In this document: positions 58,619-64,000 of the stretch, piece by piece
Layout: each line of letters opens with the position of its first letter
How positions within the stretch are numbered: position 1 is the stretch's first letter
Assembly (NCBI GenBank): GCA_963811165.1
Contig: CAWEQH010000008.1
Span: 32,001-96,000, forward strand
Direction: 5' to 3'
DNA length: 64,000 bases
Source: an uncultured Nitrospiraceae bacterium
GTDB lineage: Bacteria; Nitrospirota; Thermodesulfovibrionia; Thermodesulfovibrionales; UBA6898
Notes under the pieces: generated by a model
Database searches by the model: none
Told to the model about the DNA's origin: nothing
What the model saw: the letters and a program-made list of their open reading frames with translations, nothing else
Program-made: the position numbers and the translations under genes

Positions 58619-59868
58619 TGAGCTTTCCCCGATAATGTGGACACTTGGTTAAGTTTCATCAAGGAGCCGTTCAAATTGCTCTGGGCTCCTGTACCCTAAT
58701 GCCGAGTGTCTCCTCTGACGATTATAAAACACTTCTACGTACTCAAAGATACTAAGCCTTGCCTCAAGCCGTGAACGGTACTTCTCACCGTGGACCAATT
58801 CCGTCTTGAGCGTTCCGAAAAATGACTCCGCATAGGCATTGTCATAGCAATTGCCACTTCTGCTCATACTCGGAGTAATGCCGTATTCTCTGAGAAGCTC
58901 CTGATATGCATAACTCGCGTACTGCCTGCCTCGATCGGAGTGGTGGATCAACCCCTCAGGAGGGCTCTGCCTGCTGGCTGCCGCTTTTAGCGCATCAGAG
59001 GCGAGTTCCTGAGAAAGTTTATCGCTCATGGACAACCCTATAACTCTTCTGCTTTTCACATTTATCACAGCTGCCACATACAACCACCCCTCGGAAGTAG
59101 GAACAAACGTAATATCTGATGCCCATACCCCATCGGTCTGTCTCTTGCCAATCAGCAGGTTTGCCGCCAGAGCATAATCATGCCGTGAATCGGTAGTCCG
59201 CCTAAACCTCCTCCTCTTCACTTCCCCGCATATGGCATGATCCTTCATGATCCTGGCTACCCGGTTCTTCCCGCATTTGACACCCTCATCATTGAGTTCA
59301 GCCGTGATCCTTAGGCTCCCGTACAGCTTCCTGCTTCTTCTGTGGATCTCCTGTATGTGTCCCAGCAACTCCTGGTTGTCCTTTTGCCTCCTGCTAAGCG
59401 GACGGCTGCGCCACGCATAATACCCACTCCTGGATACCTTTAACACCTTGCACATGCTTCCCACCCTGTACTTCTCCCGATGCTCTTCCATCAACCCGTA
59501 CTTCGTCTGCTGCGTTTGGAGAATACGGCCAAGGCTTTTTTTAAAATGTCCCTCTCTTCCCTCACCCTTTCCAATTCCTTCCGAAGCTGCTTTATCTCCG
59601 CTCCCTCCGGACTTGAATGGCCTTTCCCCACAAATCCCTTCTCCCCGTCTTTCAGCAACCTCCTTCTCCATAAATGAAGTAAGTTGGGATGAATATCAAG
59701 GTCCCGAGCTACCTTCCCTACCGGCATACCCTTCTCCGTCACAAGGTGAACAGCATTCCTCTTGAACTCTCTCGTGAAATGACGACGCCTATCCTCTTTC
59801 CCCATACACACACCTCCTTTTCCATCTTACAAATCTTTAGGTGTGTCCATCAATTCGGGGAAGGCTCA
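58619..59868 (-). mobile_element. Complete IS3-family insertion sequence (1,250 bp)
   Basis: TG...CA ends; imperfect 26-bp IRs TGAGCTTTCCCCGATAATGTGGACAC / TGAGCCTTCCCCGAATTGATGGACAC; 3-bp TTC duplication on both sides. Confidence 0.95.
58649..59811 (-). CDS. IS3 transposase OrfAB (OrfA 59491-59811; OrfB in -1 frame via A7G at 59535-59542)
   Basis: OrfA HTH (FTREFK..AV...VARDLDI); OrfB SRSGYY, YGSLR, WASDIT, HHSDRG, DNAYAESFF (DDE). Confidence 0.95.
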
Positions 59869-60049
59869 TTCGGTAATCAATAGGCAACGTCACGCCTGAC
59901 AGAAACACAGTTCCGCCCCGAATTCCGCATTGCTCCTGAACAGTGAATGAGGTAGTGCTGCGATCTCGGCTCCACCACTAACCCGCAAAACTAGCTCCTT
60001 GCTGAAATAAAGATTTCCGGTACAACCACGCATATTTTTTTGAGCAGTG

Positions 60050-60275
60050 GTTCGCGCCTCCAGTGCCATCTTTGTCTTGAACACTGCTCCGTGATTCTTT
60101 CTCGGTCTTTTTGCCATCTTAGCTGCTCTTTTTTGCTTTTTACAGGGGTCAATAGCAGAAATCGGTTTCGCCATTTGCCCCATACGTAGCGATCATGACA
60201 TGTCTAGATGTCTGATGCACCCTGTGAGCAGCTTTATCACTTATGTCTCTGTCCGGTTTTTCCGGGACAGCTCCT
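60050..60275 (-). mobile_element. Degenerate second IS3-family left end and OrfA start
   Basis: MAKRPRKNHGAVFKTKMALEA resembles IS3 OrfA N-termini; GAGCAG..ATCACTTA..CTGTCCGG..GGGACAGCTC resembles an IS end. Confidence 0.5.
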
Positions 60276-60464
60276 GGATGGGGTTAGATTAAGAAGTATT
60301 AATAAGTTCTTCATGTTGTCTTAATGTCTATCCCTTAAAGTTCAGAGGGTTGAGCGATATATAAGATGGCGCAAGGAATTAAGGACATCGTTGGAAAAGC
60401 CGGTACTCTCGTGCCGGGAGAACCCGGCAATCACTCATTGGTAGAGGCTGCGGAGGTATAGAGT

Positions 60465-61988
60465 ATGTTGAGAAGGCATGCCGTTTGGAGATATTTAATA
60501 CAAAAAATTCCGTATCTTTTTCTTTCATCTCTTTTTTTGCCTGGGATGGTTGCGATATGCATTTTGGCTCCGCAGTATGCTTTTTCGGCGCAGGCCACGC
60601 TAACCTGGGACGCTCCGACCACAAATATTGATGGGACTCCTCTGACGGACCTTGCAGGCTATAAGATTTACTATGGCACTGCATCCGGCAATTATTCTCA
60701 GACTGTCGATGTTGGAAATGTAACGAGTTCAGGCGTTTTGAATCTGTCCGACGGAACTACCTATTACTTTGCAGTTACGGCATATGATACATCAGGCAAT
60801 GGAAGCGGTTATTCCAATGAAGTGAGTAAAACAACGCCGGCCGGACAGCAATATTCGGTATTGATAACAAAGAGCGGGACCGGGTCAGGTACTGTAACAA
60901 GTTCTGCGGGAGGGATAAATTGTGGCTCGTCCTGCACAGCGACTTACAATTCTGGTTCAGTAGTAACGCTGACAGCAACGCCTGCGGGTGGTTCGACGTT
61001 TACAGGTTGGTCAGGGGGAGGTTGTACAGGCACCGGCACATGCTCATTGTCAATGAGCGGCAATGTAACGGTAACGGCTTCCTTTGCGGTTAGCTCTTAC
61101 ACTGTTACTGCAACGGCTGGGACCGGCGGGACAGTATCCCCGTCTGGTTCGGTAGCTGTAAATAGCGGAGCAAGCAAGACATTCACGATAGCCCCGAATA
61201 CGGGTTATACAGTGTCGGGTGTGAAAGTGGATGGCGCATCGGTCGGGGCTATTACGACGTATACCTTCACCAACGTGACAGCAAACCACACGGTAGCCGC
61301 AACCTTCACCTATGTGGTTGCAGCAGCACCGACGGTCACCAGCATTTCGCCTCTGGCCGGGTCGACAGCGGGAGGCACAGCTGTGCAGATCACCGGCACC
61401 GGCTTTATCTCAGGCAGCGCGGTTAAGATAGGGGCTACGAATGCAACGGGTGTAGTTGTCAATAGCGCCACGAGTATAAGCGCAGTTACATCTGCCGGTG
61501 CAGCAGGCGCTGCTGATGTAGTCGTAACGAATACCAACGGAACAGGCACGCTCGCAGGCGGGTTTACTTACGTGGTTTCAGCACCCACAACAATCACCTT
61601 TGACAATCCTGTTCCATCAGGCGGTTCGGGAAGTTACTTGAACGGTCTCTTCCAGGGCATAAATTTCGGGACTAATCAGTGGCGGTGGGAAACTGCCTGG
61701 TTGGTTGATAGTACCAGGCATATCTACTTTGCCTCCTCTTCAGGCACTTCGCGCACCTTCACTTTTTCACCGGCGCCCAGGTTCCTCATCAGCATGAGAG
61801 TATTCGCGGGGCAAAATGGTACCCTCACGCTGAAGGATAACCTGGGGCAGACCATTACACAGGCAGTTACGACGGGTTCGATGCAGACCGTGACAACGGG
61901 CTGGACTCGGGCGTCTACGACAATCACGGTTCAATTTACCGCAGGCTGGGAGCTGGCAGTTGATGATATCACATTCAGAGCACCATAG
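60465..61988 (+). CDS. Secreted surface protein: Fn3 + two bacterial (InlB-B/Flg_new-like) repeats + IPT/TIG + C-terminal beta domain
   Basis: Signal ending AFS-A; LTWDAP..DLAGYKIYYG (Fn3); GSGTVTS..GINCG..C; APTVTSISP..GSTAGGT.V.ITGTGF (IPT). Confidence 0.88.
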   Translation: MLRRHAVWRYLIQKIPYLFLSSLFLPGMVAICILAPQYAFSAQATLTWDAPTTNIDGTPLTDLAGYKIYYGTASGNYSQTVDVGNVTSSGVLNLSDGTTYYFAVTAYDTSGNGSGYSNEVSKTTPAGQQYSVLITKSGTGSGTVTSSAGGINCGSSCTATYNSGSVVTLTATPAGGSTFTGWSGGGCTGTGTCSLSMSGNVTVTASFAVSSYTVTATAGTGGTVSPSGSVAVNSGASKTFTIAPNTGYTVSGVKVDGASVGAITTYTFTNVTANHTVAATFTYVVAAAPTVTSISPLAGSTAGGTAVQITGTGFISGSAVKIGATNATGVVVNSATSISAVTSAGAAGAADVVVTNTNGTGTLAGGFTYVVSAPTTITFDNPVPSGGSGSYLNGLFQGINFGTNQWRWETAWLVDSTRHIYFASSSGTSRTFTFSPAPRFLISMRVFAGQNGTLTLKDNLGQTITQAVTTGSMQTVTTGWTRASTTITVQFTAGWELAVDDITFRAP

Positions 61989-62412
61989 CTGATAATGAGC
62001 CGTCTCGGTTAAGCACACAACTACAGCGTTTTTTTTAAGATGAGATGGAAGGTGCAGTTGACCCTCTACCCAAAAAGGAAAACTTTGGCCCTTATCTTGA
62101 GTCCGCTATCGTTGAAGGTTTATTCCGGCATTTGACACGGGAGAAAGTGGACTCCCAAATCTTTTCGAAGTAAGGCAACGAGTCGAATGCCAGAGGGACT
62201 CCTAAAGATGCGGGACGAACTCCTCAGTTATCGCGAATTGAAACTCGCGTTTAGTTTTGTGAGTATCTGTCATAGGATCTTTTATCACTAGAATGGCCGA
62301 AAGAAACACCCTCCGGCTTTCCCGGTCTTTGTGGCTGAGTTGATGTGCGCTGAAAACTCTGAGGATAACGGGGGCTCAGGCCGGATCACAGAGGGGGCTA
62401 AGGGACTGACTT

Positions 62413-63027
62413 TTAGGCTTCCTTCACAGGAACAGGCTTTCTTACTCTTTCCGTCAACTTCCCTTCTTCATCAAACAAAAGTATATCCCCTGCTTCGCAC
62501 GCCACCCCCTGGACTACCGCGTCTTCGGTGAGCCTGTAATTGTCTAGCATGCCGTTCCCGTGGAAAGAGGCCCATGCCCCCTGGCTGAGCGTTACGCCTG
62601 AGACTTTAGTGTCTTCAGCGAGAAAGCATCTTTTTAGACCGCCGGCATCATAAAACCCTATCCAGCGTCCCTCCATACAGGGAATCCCCTGATAAAGGAT
62701 GTTTTCTGAAAGCCTGCAGGCAGAAAGGGCGCCATTGTCATGAAAGAGCAGAAACGTATCGGACCGCACCGGTATTCCTTTTACCATACTGTCTTCCGGC
62801 AAGTTGCATCTGAGCAGCCTCCCGTTTTCGTGGAAGTAGACCTTTGAGCCTGCCCTGCAGGGAACCCCGTCAATCACCTTATCAAAAAGAGGCACGAAGC
62901 TTGAGACGCCACCGCGCAGATGAAACCATACCCAGGAACCGGCCCTGCATAGTATCTTTCCCGCATCTTCATCGGAAGCAAGGAGTTTTCCCTGCAAACT
63001 GCCGTTGGGGTAATAAAGCGTTGTCAT
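62413..63027 (-). CDS. 30-aa beta-repeat protein (MORN/YwqK-like), paralog 2
   Basis: About 6.5 repeats of xxF(H/Y)xNGxLxxCxLxEDxxVxG(I/V)xCxAGxx. Confidence 0.75.
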   Translation of the reverse strand: MTTLYYPNGSLQGKLLASDEDAGKILCRAGSWVWFHLRGGVSSFVPLFDKVIDGVPCRAGSKVYFHENGRLLRCNLPEDSMVKGIPVRSDTFLLFHDNGALSACRLSENILYQGIPCMEGRWIGFYDAGGLKRCFLAEDTKVSGVTLSQGAWASFHGNGMLDNYRLTEDAVVQGVACEAGDILLFDEEGKLTERVRKPVPVKEA

Positions 63028-63665
63028 GAGCGGTAGTCAAGCAAAGCGCCGTCTTCCCTGAAGACAATAAGCTCGCCGGCCTTGTAGAGATCGCCCTGTA
63101 TTATTACATCCCGGCCGGCGGTACATGCGGAGAGCCGTCTGTCTTCCCGGAGCCAGACGCGCGTACCTGCTTTGCATGATATCCCTTCGATGGCGCAGTC
63201 TTCAGAGAGATAAAAGGCTGACAATCGGCCGTTATCGAAAAAACAGACGTCTCCCCCGCAACGAACAGGGTACCCTTCGATGGACGTGTCATGAACCATA
63301 TCACATTTGAAGAGGCTACCATTTCGGTGAAACATGACCAAGGATCCTGCAACTGAAGAGATGCCCCCGATCTGCGTATCCGCCGAAAGCACGCACGAAA
63401 GAACGTTTCCTTGGGGGAAGAATTCCACTTCACTATTTGCCTTGCACGGCAAGCTGTTTATGACCGTGTCTTCGGAAAGATTGCATCTCCAGAGCGTCCC
63501 GTTTTCATCGAAGCCTAAGATTGAAGCCTTTTTAAAATGAACCCCATGGACTACGAAATCTTCGGAGAGGGCACCGGATTTAATGACTTTTGATGCCGGG
63601 TAAGTGACGGTTGAGTCTTCGGTGAAGGGGATTTCCTCAGTTCCGGCCGCCACTAGATCCTGCAT
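63024..63665 (-). CDS. 30-aa beta-repeat protein (MORN/YwqK-like), paralog 1
   Basis: Same 30-residue period; ATGA overlap with paralog 2. Confidence 0.75.
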   Translation of the reverse strand: MQDLVAAGTEEIPFTEDSTVTYPASKVIKSGALSEDFVVHGVHFKKASILGFDENGTLWRCNLSEDTVINSLPCKANSEVEFFPQGNVLSCVLSADTQIGGISSVAGSLVMFHRNGSLFKCDMVHDTSIEGYPVRCGGDVCFFDNGRLSAFYLSEDCAIEGISCKAGTRVWLREDRRLSACTAGRDVIIQGDLYKAGELIVFREDGALLDYRS

Positions 63666-63999
63666 TGCCCTGACCGAGGCCTCTGTAGAAGGCCCTGACC
63701 GAGGCTTCTTTGACGTCTTCCATCATCTCTGCCTTTGCTTTTTCAAGACGGCCGACCTCGACGCCCAATTTCTTTGCCATGCCATCGAGGGAGACCCCTT
63801 TTGTGAAATGCTCCTCTCCAATAAGGACCTTCAACATGTCGTCGATGATGCTCTTCCTGAGTTCTTCGTCCTCTACCGTAACGGCTGCACAGGCACTGTC
63901 GAAATCAAGACCCTGGTCGAGCTTCTCCCTGATTATCGCTTCGGCCTTTTCGTATATCTTGGCGGTATCGGTCTTAAACGCGTCATCCGGCAGGCCCTC
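63637..63999 (-). CDS. Hypothetical protein (5'-partial)
   Basis: Frame is open to the window edge: EGLPDDAF...GLDFDSAC...IIDDMLKVLIGEEHF. Confidence 0.75.
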   Translation of the reverse strand, partial: EGLPDDAFKTDTAKIYEKAEAIIREKLDQGLDFDSACAAVTVEDEELRKSIIDDMLKVLIGEEHFTKGVSLDGMAKKLGVEVGRLEKAKAEMMEDVKEASVRAFYRGLGQGNAGSSGGRN

Positions 64000-64000
64000 A

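Noticed and set aside
60280..60464. c-di-GMP/GEMM riboswitch before the Fn3 gene
   Set aside because: No GGCAAA...GACGCAAA core found.
58519..62224. GAGTTCGTCCCG 12-mer inverted between ~58519 and ~62212 as island ends
   Set aside because: A 12-bp match is expected by chance in 64 kb; no extension or target duplication.
1..64000. CRISPR array, tRNA or rRNA genes
   Set aside because: No regularly spaced repeats, no cloverleaf/T-loop signature and no rRNA-like sequence seen in any intergenic gap; no cas genes.

Overview
Bacterial chromosomal window. Gene content and synteny point to an anaerobic Nitrospirota (Thermodesulfovibrionia-like) or Desulfobacterota-like organism; this is inference. 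The backbone is housekeeping: infC, comM/yifB, fsa, larE, rng, a B12-binding radical SAM gene, bamD, sirC, rpsB-tsf-pyrH-frr-dksA, hemA/hemC/ccsA, polA, adk, mutL-miaA-hfq, nrdJ with tandem NrdR boxes, a nine-heme cytochrome c, zapAB and hisBC. Three accessory patches interrupt it. (1) 7.8-14.6 kb: a surface/sulfur-chemistry cluster of an IPTL-CTERM protein, a TPR-sulfatase, a CysD-like PP-loop protein, a YVDPxTG small membrane protein and a Tat-lipoprotein phosphodiesterase. (2) 39.6-43.5 kb: an island holding a 2,045-bp element that encodes only two tyrosine recombinases between perfect 16-bp terminal inverted repeats. This is my best candidate for an undescribed mobile-element class. (3) 58.4-62.3 kb: a complete IS3-family element, IS remnants and an Fn3/IPT surface protein. 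About ten single-base frameshifts, mostly in short homopolymers and some in housekeeping genes such as rng, suggest long-read assembly errors rather than true pseudogenes. I found no tRNA, rRNA or CRISPR array. All calls come from motif recognition by eye; no database searches were run.
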